From an uncultured Actinomycetes bacterium (lineage in GTDB: Bacteria > Actinomycetota > UBA4738 > HRBIN12), in the NCBI GenBank assembly GCA_963744515.1, contig CAVUTN010000006.1:12280-76279 (forward strand): 64,000 bases of DNA, written 5' to 3'. Positions 19,223-28,523 of this stretch are shown piece by piece. Under the pieces are notes generated by a model. That model was not told the origin of the DNA, made no database searches, and saw only the letters and a program-made list of their open reading frames with translations. Within the stretch, counting starts at the first letter, position 1. Each line of letters opens with the position of its first letter. Position numbers and translations under genes: made by a program.

Positions 19223-19783
19223 ATGTACCGGAGCGACGTGCGCACGCGCCTCGAGGGCAGCCTTGACCGAAGCCCCTCACCCACGGCGGGCCCCGGCGAC
19301 CGTCTGGCCGCGGTGCTGCTCCCGCTGGTCGAGGATCGCCTGGTCCTCACGCGCCGGACCGAACACCTGTCGCGCCACCCGGGCGAGATCTCGTTCCCCG
19401 GCGGTCTCGCGCACGACGAGGACACGGACCTCGCAGCGACGGCCCTGCGCGAGACGCAGGAGGAGCTCGGGCTCGCGCCGGAGGAGGTCGAGGTGCTCGG
19501 GGCGCTCGCGCCGGTCCACACGTTCGTGTCCGCGATCCTGATCGTGCCGTTCGTCGGGATGGTCTCGGGAGACCCGGTGTTCGAGCCCAGCGAGGCCGAG
19601 ATCGCGGAGGTCCTCGCCTACCCGCTCGACGAGCTCACCGCGGCGGAGACCACGGTGGAGTGGCCGAAGGACGGGCACGTCTACCGCGGGTTCGCGTACC
19701 CGATGCGCGACGGGAACACGGTCTGGGGTGCCACGGCCGGGATCCTGCACCAGCTGCTCGAACGGCTCGGGAGCCGAGCGTGA
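19223..19783 (+). CDS. NUDIX hydrolase, CoA pyrophosphatase-like
   Basis: Nudix box GGLAHDEDTDLAATALRETQEELGL (Gx5Ex7REUxEExGU). The upstream LLPL..LVLTRR..HLSRHPGEISFPGG segment resembles the NuCoA motif of CoA pyrophosphatases. Confidence 0.8.
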   Translation: MYRSDVRTRLEGSLDRSPSPTAGPGDRLAAVLLPLVEDRLVLTRRTEHLSRHPGEISFPGGLAHDEDTDLAATALRETQEELGLAPEEVEVLGALAPVHTFVSAILIVPFVGMVSGDPVFEPSEAEIAEVLAYPLDELTAAETTVEWPKDGHVYRGFAYPMRDGNTVWGATAGILHQLLERLGSRA

Positions 19784-20220
19784 CGGGCGACGACGGCACG
19801 TACGTGCCGAGCGACCAGGAGCTCCGTTCGATCCTGGGTGACGCACGGACGATCGCCGTGGTCGGACTGTCCTCGAACCCCGAGCGCCCGTCGTACGAGG
19901 TCGCCGAGTTCCTGCAGTCGAAGGGCTACCGGATCGTGCCGGTCAACCCGAACGCGACCGAGGTGCTCGGCGAGCCCGCCTATACGTCGCTGCTCGAGGT
20001 CCCCGGGGAGATCGCGATCGACGTCGTCGACGTGTTCCGCCGGGCGGAGCACACGCCCGAGGTCGCCGAGCAGGCGGTGGCGCGCGGCGCGAAGGTGCTC
20101 TGGCTGCAGGAGGGCATCGCGAACGACGATGCGCGCCGGATCGGCGAGGACGCCGGCATGACGGTCGTCATGGGCGTGTGCATCAAGAAACAGGAACAGA
20201 GACTCGAGAGAGGATCCTGA
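19780..20220 (+). CDS. CoA-binding domain protein (YccU/YneT-like)
   Basis: The GTG at 19780 overlaps the NUDIX stop (GTGA). It has IAVVGLSSNPERPSYEVAEFLQSKGYRIVPVNP...VDVFR and KVLWLQEG, typical of the CoA_binding_2 family. Confidence 0.8.
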   Translation: MTGDDGTYVPSDQELRSILGDARTIAVVGLSSNPERPSYEVAEFLQSKGYRIVPVNPNATEVLGEPAYTSLLEVPGEIAIDVVDVFRRAEHTPEVAEQAVARGAKVLWLQEGIANDDARRIGEDAGMTVVMGVCIKKQEQRLERGS

Positions 20221-20385
20221 ATGCAGAAGTGGGAGTACTTCGTGGCGCCGCTGCTCGAACACAACCCCGGCGAGATCCTCAACACGTTCGGGGACGACGG
20301 GTGGGAGCTCGTGTCGGTGGCGCAGATCCAGAACCCGATGGGCGGTCAGTCGACCGTCGCCTACATGAAGCGCCCGAAGGCCTAG
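20221..20385 (+). CDS. DUF4177-like small protein (54 aa; not in the ORF track)
   Basis: Hand translation gives MQKWEYFVAPLLEHNPGEILNTFGDDGWELVSVAQIQNPMGGQSTVAYMKRPKA*. It starts 1 nt after the preceding stop, has high GC3, and carries the W-E-Y...GW-ELV pattern of DUF4177. Confidence 0.6.
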   Translation: MQKWEYFVAPLLEHNPGEILNTFGDDGWELVSVAQIQNPMGGQSTVAYMKRPKA

Positions 20386-20681
20386 CGTCGGAGCAGGCGG
20401 CTCCGCATCAGGAGCAGGCCGCCGATCAGCACGCCGGCGATGAGGATCCCGCCGATCGTCACGACCCCGCCCTGGGGCTCCTCCTCCTTCGGCCGCACGG
20501 ACGGCGACGGGGAGACGCTGTCGATCTGGCCCGACCGCCCGTGGAGCGCGCTCGAGGCCGTCTCGCGCGCGGAAGCGATGGACACGGCGAGGCCGATCGG
20601 GTGCCGCACCTCGCGCGCGAGTGCGATCGACGGGACGAGCGCGAGGACGAGGACGACCAGGGGCAGCAGCTTGCGGATCAC
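20382..20681 (-). CDS. Small secreted/anchored hypothetical protein (signal peptide plus C-terminal TM with an Arg-rich tail)
   Basis: Only the C-terminal 99 codons of ORF 20382..21182(-) look real: VIRKLLPLVVLVLALVPSIALAREV...KEEEPQGGVVTIGGILIAGVLIGGLLLMRSRLLRR*. The GTG start at 20681 is a guess. Confidence 0.4.
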   Translation of the reverse strand: MIRKLLPLVVLVLALVPSIALAREVRHPIGLAVSIASARETASSALHGRSGQIDSVSPSPSVRPKEEEPQGGVVTIGGILIAGVLIGGLLLMRSRLLRR

Positions 20682-20719
20682 GTCCCGAGTGTAGGTGGGA
20701 CGTTCGGCTAGGGTGGCGG

Positions 20720-21347
20720 ATGCTCCGGCTCGACCACGTCGTGTTCGCCGTCTCCGATCTGGACGAGGCGGCGGTCCGGTTCCGCGAGAGGTTCGGGCTG
20801 GACTCGACCGAGGGCGGGCGGCACGAGCGCTGGGGGACCGCGAACCGGATCGTGCCGCTCGGCGACCAGTACCTGGAGCTGGTGGCCGCGGTGGACGAGA
20901 CCAGGGCGAGCGCGGACCGGGTTCGGGCGCGGTGTGCTCGAGCGCGCCCCGATCGGCGGGGGGTGGTTCACGGTCGCGGCAACCGCCGAGGACATCGACG
21001 CGGTCGCCGCGCGGCTCGGGCTGGAGACGTCGGCACCGGGTCGCGGACGCGACCGGACGGCGAGGTCGCTGCGTTGGCGGATGGCCGGGCTCGACGATCC
21101 GAGGCGCGAGCCATGGATGCCGTTCTTCCTCGCCTGGGACATCCCGGTGGAGCTGCATCCGGGTCGCGCTCGGGCCGGCCACGGGATCCGGGCGGAGGGG
21201 ATCGCGTGGGTCGAGGCCGGCGGCGACGCCGAGCGCCTCCGCGAGTGGCTCGGCGGCGAGGAGCTGCCGATCCGGGTGATCGAGGGCGAGCCGGGCCTCC
21301 GGCGGGTCGGCGTCGCGACCTCTGATCGGGAGATCGTGATCGAGTAG
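20720..21347 (+). CDS. VOC/glyoxalase-like family protein, one frameshift
   Basis: MLRLDHVVFAVSDLDEAAVRFRERFGLDSTEGGRHERWGTANRIVPLGDQYLELVAAVDE (ORF 20621..21325) continues in ORF 20934..21347 (GGWFTVAATAEDIDAVAARLGLE...WMPFFLAWD...) after a +1 shift near 20925. Confidence 0.7.
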
Positions 21348-21382
21348 GCGAGGGCCTCGCGCGGACGCGCGAGGCCCTCGCC
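21347..21382. terminator. Perfect 16-bp GC-rich hairpin between convergent genes (bidirectional terminator candidate)
   Basis: GGCGAGGGCCTCGCGC-GGAC-GCGCGAGGCCCTCGCC. All 16 pairs were verified base by base. It starts at the last base of the VOC stop codon and ends 16 nt before the haloperoxidase-like stop. There is no U-tract, as is common in high-GC actinobacteria. Confidence 0.7.
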
Positions 21383-21397
21383 TCGAAGCGCGAGCGT

Positions 21398-22789
21398 TCA
21401 GCTCACCGGCTCGAAGAAGTGCTTCTCCATGTAGTGTTCGACCTTCTTACCGAGCACGGCTCCCTGGACGTCCGCGGTGCGGAAGTGGATGCCGCTCCAC
21501 ACCCGGGCGTCGATGACCTCCTTGAGCGCGAGCGAGAAGCGATCGAAGGTCCTGCCCGGACACGGCGCGGGAAGGCACTTGTTGCTGATCGCCGTGAAGG
21601 GGACCTTGTCGGTTCCGAAGAACTCCTTCAGCGTGTTCACGACCGCGCTGCTGATGCAGGCGTGGCCCGACGGGTGATCGGGGAACCCCGGAGTGACCAG
21701 GGGGGCGCCCGAAACCGCGACGGTCGGGTCGAAGAGCGGAACCCATGACGCGTCAGGCTTCGTGGCCTTGTTCCCGTCGTTCGCCGCCTCCCGGATCGCC
21801 GTGATCGGCCTCCAGAAGCTGTGGTAGGCCTTGTCGTTCCAGCATCCGATGGAGGCGTCGGCCCCAGCGAGGTTGGTCATCGCGAACAGGCGAGCGCTGT
21901 CCACGATGTCCAGCCCTTTGCCGAGCGCGAGCGAGCGGTAGACCCGGTTCCAGATCGCGATCCCGTTGTCCTGCCAGAAGATGGACGCCGCCGTCTGATC
22001 CGCGGTGCGCTTGGTGCTCGTCAGAGAGCCGACCTCCTTGACCTCGTTGAAGTCGGCCGTGTAGTGGGCGCTCGTGAGCGCGTTCGGGCCGTCGGTCCGC
22101 AGCATGTCGACGTTCGGGACCAGGAACGGCCGAACGAAGCCGACCCAGGGCGTTGGGTCGCGGGCCACGATCCCGGCCGGACCTGCCGGAGGAGCGAGCC
22201 GCCACTGGCCGGGATCGGTGCCCTCGGCGAACGTGAAGCTTCCGAAACGGCCGTCGTTCTGCCGGTCGGTGAGCATCGCGGCCGCGGCGGCCTCGCCGAC
22301 CTCGATCCCGCCATCCTTGGCGGGCCCGTCCGGTACCACCGCCAGCGAGGCGTCGTAGAGCGGCTGGAGCGTCGACAGCTGCCCGGGCACCAGCCCCGTC
22401 AGCGGGGGCGTGTTGGCGGGGAAGCCGACGAGCACGCGGAACGCGGCGGTCGCCGCCGCCGCCTCCTTCGAGTCGCCCGGATCCGCCGGCGGCGCGACGA
22501 GGTACGGCTGGTAGCCGCCGTCGATCGCGTTCACGGCGTCGTAGACCGCGCCCTGCACCATCGCCAGGCTGAGCACGCCGGCCTGAGGGGCCTGCCCGGC
22601 GCCCGCCGGGGCCGCCGCCAGGATCGCGGTGGAGGCGATCGCGTTCCAACGGATCGCCTCGTTCTCGGTGGTCTGTCCCCGCGCGGACGGTGTGACCCCC
22701 GCGACGCCGATCAACGTCGCGGACACGAAGCACACGAGCAGCACCGCCGTCGGCGGCATCGCCCTGCGCAACACGTGCGTGCGCTGCAT
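21398..22789 (-). CDS. Secreted PAP2-superfamily protein, vanadium-dependent haloperoxidase / acid phosphatase-like
   Basis: ORF 21398..22831(-) read from ATG 22789 (MQRTHVLRRAMPPTAVLLVCFVSATLIGVAG is signal-like). The PAP2/V-haloperoxidase motifs are in order: K-x6-RP (KAYHSFWRP), PSGH (FPDHPSGHA) and SR/G-x5-H-x3-D (WSGIHFRTAD). Confidence 0.75.
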   Translation of the reverse strand: MQRTHVLRRAMPPTAVLLVCFVSATLIGVAGVTPSARGQTTENEAIRWNAIASTAILAAAPAGAGQAPQAGVLSLAMVQGAVYDAVNAIDGGYQPYLVAPPADPGDSKEAAAATAAFRVLVGFPANTPPLTGLVPGQLSTLQPLYDASLAVVPDGPAKDGGIEVGEAAAAAMLTDRQNDGRFGSFTFAEGTDPGQWRLAPPAGPAGIVARDPTPWVGFVRPFLVPNVDMLRTDGPNALTSAHYTADFNEVKEVGSLTSTKRTADQTAASIFWQDNGIAIWNRVYRSLALGKGLDIVDSARLFAMTNLAGADASIGCWNDKAYHSFWRPITAIREAANDGNKATKPDASWVPLFDPTVAVSGAPLVTPGFPDHPSGHACISSAVVNTLKEFFGTDKVPFTAISNKCLPAPCPGRTFDRFSLALKEVIDARVWSGIHFRTADVQGAVLGKKVEHYMEKHFFEPVS

Positions 22790-23012
22790 GATCCCTCCCT
22801 TCTCGCCGCTCGCGTGAGCGACGATCGTCACCGAGCGAGGCTAGGAGGGGCGTTGCGCCGGAACTACGGTGGCCCCCGGGCAACTTCGCGAGGTGCTCCC
22901 CCCCGTGCCAGCACGGTGCTGCCGCTTGACGCGAGCGGGGCCGATAGCGGTCAATTGCCGGTGATCGATGCGGAGGGGGTCGATCGCCCTGGGGGATCGG
23001 CAAGCCGACGAT

Positions 23013-23641
23013 ATGCGAGCGCTCGATGGGTTGCGTGTCGAGTCCGACGACCTGCGTGCCTCGCGCAAGCGACTCGCCCTGGCCGCCGACGCCGAGCGCC
23101 GCGGCCTCGAGCGTTCGTTGCACGACGGCGTGCAACAGCAACTGGTGGGGCTCGCCGCCAACCTCGAACTCGCGGCGGGTTCGGTGGACGCCGACCCTGC
23201 GGCCGCGAAGGAGCTGTTCGCGGAGATGGCCCGCGACATCCGGGACGCGATGGATCAGACGCGCAAGCTCGCGGACCGGATCTATCCCCCGCAGCTCGAG
23301 GTGGGGGGCCTGGTTGTGGCGCTGCGTTCGGCGGCGGCGGATGCGAACGTCCCTGCGCGGATCGAGATCGCACGCGACCAGACCTATCCGCCCGAGGTCG
23401 CGGGGGCGATGTACTTCTGCTGCCGCGACCTGCTCGAGAACGTCTCGGCCGGCTCGACGGTGGCGATCACGGCTCGGAGCGAGGGGGAGCGCTCGCGTTC
23501 GACATCGTCGTGGACGGCGACCTCCACGCGGACCGCTCCCTTCTCGGCGATCGCATCGAGGCTCTCGGAGGCCGATGCGCGATCGAGTCGGAGTCCGGTC
23601 ACCGGACGCGGGTGATCGGCTCGTTGCCGCTCTCGGGATGA
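23013..23641 (+). CDS. Short cytoplasmic HisKA_3-type histidine kinase core (no sensor or TM region), one -1 frameshift
   Basis: ORF 22968..23615 has a coiled-coil, then H-box ERRGLERSLHDGVQQQL and YFCCRDLLENV (N-box-like). The C-terminus (GGALAFDIVVDGDLH...RIEALGGRCAIESESGHRTRVIGSLPLSG*) lies in the frame of ORF 21821..23641; the shift is in a G run near 23490. Start uncertain (22968 or ATG 23013). Confidence 0.7.
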
Positions 23642-23643
23642 GG

Positions 23644-24310
23644 CTAGTCGCTCTCCCCGAGGTACAGGATCACGGCCTTGACGCGCTTGTGGACGGATGT
23701 CTCCCAGGACAGGCCGAGCTTGAGGAAGATCGAGTGGATCACACTCTCGACCGATCGCTCGGCGAGGAAGAGGGATTCGCCGATCGCCGCGTTGCTCTTT
23801 CCCGCCGCCATCTCGCGCAGGACGTCTCGCTCGCGCGGCGTCAGCTGGTCGAGCCGCGACTCCTCGCCCCGGGCGTTCTCGGCGACCAACGCCTCGACGA
23901 CCTTCGGGTCGATCACCGAGCCGCCCTCCGCGACGGTACGGATGGCCGACACGAGCTGCTCGACGTCCTGGACGCGCTCCTTCAGGAGGTAGGAGCGACC
24001 GGCGCTGCCGCCCTCGAGCAGGGCCAGGGCGAAGCTGGGAGTGGCGTACTGGCTGAGCACGACGACGCCCACGTCGGGATGCGTCTCACGCAATCGCTTC
24101 GGCCGCCTGGATGCCCTCGTCGGTGTTGCTGGGCGGCATGCGGATGTCCGTGAGGACCACGTTGGGTTTCTCGGCGTCGACCGCCGCGAGCAGGGAGTCC
24201 AGGTCGCCGCACGCCGCCGCGACCTCGACCTCGTGCTGCGTCTCGAGCAGCCGCCGAATGCCCTCGCGGACGATCGGGTGATCCTCGGCGAGGACGACCC
24301 GGATCGACAT
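23644..24310 (-). CDS. NarL/LuxR-family response regulator (REC + HTH_LuxR), one frameshift
   Basis: ORF 24086..24310(-) gives MSIRVVLAEDHPIVREGIRRLL...VVLTDIRMPP. It continues in ORF 23644..24705(-) as HPDVGVVVLSQYA...LTPRERDVLREMAAGKSNAAIGESLFLAERSVESVIHSIFLKLGL after a +1 shift near 24090. Confidence 0.88.
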
Positions 24311-24327
24311 GCCCGGAGGATACGCCG

Positions 24328-24695
24328 GTGCCCGTTGCCCTGATCATCGACGACAGCGATGCCAACCGGAAGCTCGCTCGGGTGGTGCTTCGCGCGGACG
24401 GATTCGAGACGCTCGAGGCGGCAACGGGCGCCGAGGCGATCGCGCTCGCGATCGAGCACGTACCCGATGTCATCCTGATGGATCTCCGCCTGCCGGACAT
24501 AGACGGCGCACAGGCGGCGCGGCGTCTCGGTGAGAACGAGCGAACGTCTCGGATCCCGGTGGTCGCGATGAGCGTGATGCCGCTGGAGGAAACGGCGAAT
24601 GGCTCGAGGCCGCCGGCTTCGCAGGGTGGCTCGCAAAGCCGATCCGCGTCGGCACGTTCCCGGAACAGGTGCGTTTCTATTGCGCCGGAGGGTAA
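24328..24695 (+). CDS. Single-domain CheY-like response regulator, one frameshift
   Basis: MPVALIIDDSDANRKLARVVLRADGFETLEAATGAEAIALAIEHVPDVILMDLRLPDIDGAQAARRL...IPVVAMSV. The end (WLEAAGFAGWLAKPIRVGTFPEQVRFYCAGG*) was recovered by hand after a -1 shift near 24600. The GTG start is only 17 nt from the divergent NarL-type RR start. Confidence 0.8.
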
Positions 24696-24716
24696 CCGGA
24701 GCCACGGGCCGGGATG

Positions 24717-24794
24717 CCGTGCTACCACGGTAGGCACGGAGAGCGCTCTCTAGCGTCTGCCTCTAGACGGATGCTTGCTGCGGTGGAAGCATCC
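24717..24794 (+). other. Structured, comparatively AT-rich spacer with two hairpins and a CTCTAG direct repeat
   Basis: Hairpin 1 is CCGTGCTAC-CACG-GTAGGCACGG (24717..24739, one bulge). CTCTAG occurs at 24748 and 24761. Hairpin 2 is GGATGCTT-N10-AAGCATCC (24769..24794, 8 bp). The element lies in the 144-nt gap between the CheY-like gene and the lipoprotein gene. Confidence 0.35.
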
Positions 24795-24839
24795 TCGGCA
24801 CCGACAAGCCAAGGGCGAGCCTGAGCGGAGGGAGACTCA

Positions 24840-25346
24840 ATGCGGAAGCTCATGATCGCCGGTGCGCGATCGGGGTCATGGTCGTCTGCCTTGCTGCATG
24901 CACGAGCTCGGGTACGAGTTCCGCGACGGAGCGGGCCCAGCAGCGAAGGCCGACATGTGGGAGATCGACCAGATCGAGAAGGACTTCCACAAGTCCACGA
25001 CGACGAAGGACATCGACCTGATGTTGAGCCTGTGGGCCCCGAACGCCACCCTGACCGCGGGTCCCGGGCAGACCGCGGCCGGACATCGATGAGATCCGGT
25101 CGTTCTGGCTCGAGAAGTCGGCCGCGTTCATGCCGGTGACGCACTGGGTCTCGGACCACCCCGCGTACAAGCTCGAGATCACCCTCGACCGGGGACCGGG
25201 GCACCCTGCACTTCGAGTGCCACTACGTCGACTACGACACCGAGAAGTTGGCGCTGGTCACGGTCGCAGACCTGGACGTTGCGCGGATCGACGGACGCTG
25301 GCTGATCACCAACTTCGTTGCGGGATCGACCACACTGGCCCCCTGA
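24840..25346 (+). CDS. Lipoprotein with an NTF2-like (SnoaL/DUF4440-type) domain, about four indels
   Basis: The signal MRKLMIAGA.IGVMVVCLAAC (lipobox LAAC) and the body KADMWEIDQIEKDFHKSTTTKDIDLMLSLWAPNATLT...IDEIRSFWLEKSAAFMPVTHWVSDHPAYKLEITLD..GTLHFECHYVDYDTEKLALVTVADLDVARIDGRWLITNFVAGSTTLAP* were pieced together by hand from all three frames (track ORFs 24840, 24862 and 25130 are fragments). Confidence 0.6.
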
Positions 25347-25363
25347 GACCTTGTCCGACGCAG

Positions 25364-26962
25364 GTGCAGAGAAACGGGGGGGCCCGGCCGTCGCCGAGAA
25401 CCGGCGGCCGCTGAGCCGAGGCGACGATCCGCTCGTCCGCGCCGTCGGCCGCCTTCCGGCCAAGGTCTCGACGAAGCTGCTCATCGCGTTCGTGGGAACC
25501 TCCCTGCTGCTCGTCGCGGTCGGGCTGCTCGGCCAGCGCGTGCTCGGCCAATCGAACGATCGGGTGAGGAGCCTCGGGGCGCTCCAGGAACGCGCCTTCG
25601 CCTACGGCAACTGCAGCGCGATGCCTGGAACGTTCGGGCCCTCCTCTCCCAGAACTCCAGGGACGACGATTTCTACGCGGTGTGGCCCGGGGCGAGCCCG
25701 GGCGCACCAGCGGACCCCGTCGCCGTGGACAAGGCGGACGCGACGCCGGTCGCCGCGGTCGCGATGGCGAACGCCGATCGGCTCGGCTTCGCGCCTCCTG
25801 CCGAGGACGCGAACGCGCTCCGCTCGATCCGCGAGGTGAGCCTCTCGACCTGATCGATCGCCGATGGTCGAGCTGACGAGAAGATCGTGAACGAGTTCGC
25901 CGGCGTGAGCAGGCGAGGGGCCTGGCTGCTGACCTCAGCCAGCGGGTGGAGCTCGACGAATGGCCACGACGGCGAAGACCGAGCGACCTGATCGCCCGGA
26001 ACGCGAGCTCCTTCCAGAACTCGCGGAACCTGGTCATCGGCGTCGCGGTCGGCGCGATCGTCCTCGCGCTCTTGCTCGGGTTCGTCCTCGCGTGGTCGGT
26101 GGTCGGTCCGATCCAGCGGATCGACGCTCGGCTGGCCGGGATCGCGTCGGGCGACTTCTCGGGGCACGTGGACGTCGAGAACCGCGACGAGCTGGGGGGG
26201 CTGGCCGCCAACGTCAACCGGATGAACGACGAGCTCCGGCGGCTGTACACGCAGCTCGAGGAGACCAGTCGGCACAAGTCGGAGTTCCTGGCCAGCATGT
26301 CGCACGAGCTGCGGACGCCGCTGAACGCGATCATCGGCTTCTCGGAGGTGCTGCGCGAGGAGATGTTCGGCCCGGTGAACGAGAAGCAGGCCGAGTATCT
26401 GGACGACATCATCTCGTCGGGGAACCATCTCCTCTCGCTGATCAACGACGTCCTGGATCTGTCCAAGGTCGAGGCCGGGCAGGTCGAGCTGGAGGTCGGG
26501 CCGTTCTCGCTGCGCGAGGCGCTCGAGCGCGGCGTCGTGATGGTGCGCGAGCAGGCCACCGAGGAGGGGGTCCAGGTCGAGCTGTCGGCGGTACCGGAGG
26601 TCGACGTCGTCGAGGGCGACGAGCGGCGGATCAAGCAGGTCATCTTCAACCTGCTCTCCAACGCCGTGAAGTTCACACCGACAGGCGGGGAGGTCGACGT
26701 GAGCGCGATACGGGTCAACGGCGAGGTGAGGGTGTCCGTCGCCGACACCGGTCCGGGCATCGCCTCCGGGGATCACGAGCGGATCTTCGAGGAGTTCCAG
26801 CAGACCGACGCCGGGCTCGAGCAGCTCGAGGGGACCGGGCTCGGACTCGCGCTCTCGAAACGGCTCGTCGAACTCCACGGTGGACGGATCTGGCTCGAGA
26901 GCGAGCTCGGGAAGGGAAGCACCTTCGTCTTCACGCTGCCCGCGAGAGCGGTATCGCCATGA
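25364..26962 (+). CDS. Membrane sensor histidine kinase (periplasmic helical sensor, TM, HAMP, HisKA, HATPase_c); several indels in the sensor region
   Basis: TM1 is [22 protein letters not shown] (ORF 25318..). The intact part in ORF 25946..26962 runs [63 protein letters not shown] (HAMP), [16 protein letters not shown] (H-box), [16 protein letters not shown] and GTGLGLALS. The 5' end is very uncertain: a GTG at 25364 needs a shift in the G8 run at ~25375. Confidence 0.8.
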
Positions 26963-28476
26963 CCGGTGAGCGGATCCTCGTGGTCGAGGACAACGAGAAG
27001 AACATGAAGCTGTTCCGCGACGTCCTGAGCGCGACGGGATATCGAACGCTCGAGGCCACGACCGGCGGCGAGGCTGTCGAGCTGGCGACGGAACACGCGC
27101 CCGATCTCGTGCTCATGGATATCCAGATGCCTGGCGTCGACGGCGTCGAGGCTCTTCGCCGGCTGCGTGCCGACGAGCGCACGGCCGCCATCCCGGTGCT
27201 CGCGGTGACCGCGCAGGCGATGCAGGGAGACCGCGAGCACTTCCTGGCGGAGGGCTTCGACGGATACCTCTCGAAGCCGGTGAACGTCCGCGAGCTCATC
27301 GGCACCGTCCGGCGAGCACTGCGACGGACGTGCCGGATGACCGGCGACGCCAGGATCCTCGTCGTGGACGACGTGCCCCAGAACGTGCGGCTGCTCGAGG
27401 CCATCCTCGAACCGCGGGGCTACGACGTCGTCTCTGCCGGCGACGGCGTGGTCGCCCTCGAGCTCGTGGAGTCCGCGAAGCCCGATCTCGTGCTCCTCGA
27501 CGTCATGATGCCGCAGCTGGACGGCTATGCCGTCTGCCGGCGACTCCGCGAGCGCGACGAGACCGCCGTCCTGCCGGTGATCATCGTCACATCGAGCGGG
27601 ACGGAGAGGACCAAGGCGATCCAGGCCGGTGCGGACGATCTCATCGAGAAGCCGTTCAGCCACGACGAGCTGCTGATCCGAGTCCGTTCCCTCCTTCGGA
27701 TCAAGCGGTACCAGGACACGATCAAGGCGCAGGCCGCGGAGCTCCTCGAGCTGAATCGAACGCTCGAGGAGCGCGTGCGGGAACAGGTCCTGGAGCTCGA
27801 GCGGTTGCGGAAGCTGCGGCGGTTCCTCTCACCGCAACTCGCCGACGCCATCGTCTCATCGGGTGACGACTCGATCCTGCGCAGCCACCGTCGGAAGGTC
27901 GCGATGTTTTTCGCCGACCTCCGCGGATGGACGGGCTTCGTCGACGCCGTCGAACCGGAGGAGCTGATGCAGGTTCTTGGCGAGTTCCACGCGACGATCG
28001 GTGAACTCGTGCGGGAGTTCGATGCAACGGTCGGCTTCCTCGAGGGCGATGGGGTCCAGCTCTTCTTCAACGACCCCAAGGAGGTTCCCGACGCCGCTAT
28101 GCGTGCGGTGCGATTGGGTTGCGCGCTCCGCGAGCGGATGGTGGAGCTGACGACGCGGTGGCGGAAGCGAGGATACGAGCTCGACTTCGGCGCCGGGATC
28201 GCGCTGGGTTACGCGACCTGTGGCGAGGTCGGTTTCGAGGGCCGCTCGGACTATGCGGCGATCGGCACGGTGACGAACCTCGCAGCCCGGCTCGCCGATG
28301 AAGCGTCCGCCGGCCAGATCTTGATCGAGCAGCGCCTCTTTGCCGAGGTCGAGGGCGACGTCGAGGTGAAATCGGTCGGCGCGTTTACCCTCAAGGGGTT
28401 CCAGCGGCCGGTCACGGCCTTCGACGTCGTCGCCGTCCGCGAATCGGCTGCGCAAGTGTCTGTCCAGCGTTCCTGA
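26959..28476 (+). CDS. Response regulator with two receiver domains fused to a class III adenylate/guanylate cyclase domain
   Basis: A single open frame of 505 aa runs from the ATG at 26959, which overlaps the kinase stop (ATGA). REC1 is [33 protein letters not shown]2 is [32 protein letters not shown] coiled coil follows, then a CHD domain: [51 protein letters not shown] second ATGA motif at 27337 suggests it might be two genes (see findings). Confidence 0.8.
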   Translation: MTGERILVVEDNEKNMKLFRDVLSATGYRTLEATTGGEAVELATEHAPDLVLMDIQMPGVDGVEALRRLRADERTAAIPVLAVTAQAMQGDREHFLAEGFDGYLSKPVNVRELIGTVRRALRRTCRMTGDARILVVDDVPQNVRLLEAILEPRGYDVVSAGDGVVALELVESAKPDLVLLDVMMPQLDGYAVCRRLRERDETAVLPVIIVTSSGTERTKAIQAGADDLIEKPFSHDELLIRVRSLLRIKRYQDTIKAQAAELLELNRTLEERVREQVLELERLRKLRRFLSPQLADAIVSSGDDSILRSHRRKVAMFFADLRGWTGFVDAVEPEELMQVLGEFHATIGELVREFDATVGFLEGDGVQLFFNDPKEVPDAAMRAVRLGCALRERMVELTTRWRKRGYELDFGAGIALGYATCGEVGFEGRSDYAAIGTVTNLAARLADEASAGQILIEQRLFAEVEGDVEVKSVGAFTLKGFQRPVTAFDVVAVRESAAQVSVQRS

Positions 28477-28523
28477 CCGGACCTGCACCTCGAGGCGTGC
28501 GTTGCAAGGACGGGAGCGGCTTC

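Noticed and set aside
20682-21182. The upstream two-thirds of ORF 20382..21182 (-).
   Set aside because: It is antisense to the VOC/glyoxalase gene and gives a Pro/Arg-rich translation. Only the last 99 codons (signal peptide to TM anchor) look like a gene, and even that call has low confidence.
27337-28476. Calling REC2-cyclase as a separate gene starting at ATG 27337.
   Set aside because: In the sequence as given there is no in-frame stop between REC1 and REC2, so the primary call is a single ORF. The alternative is kept as a finding because of the ATGA junction and the high indel rate.
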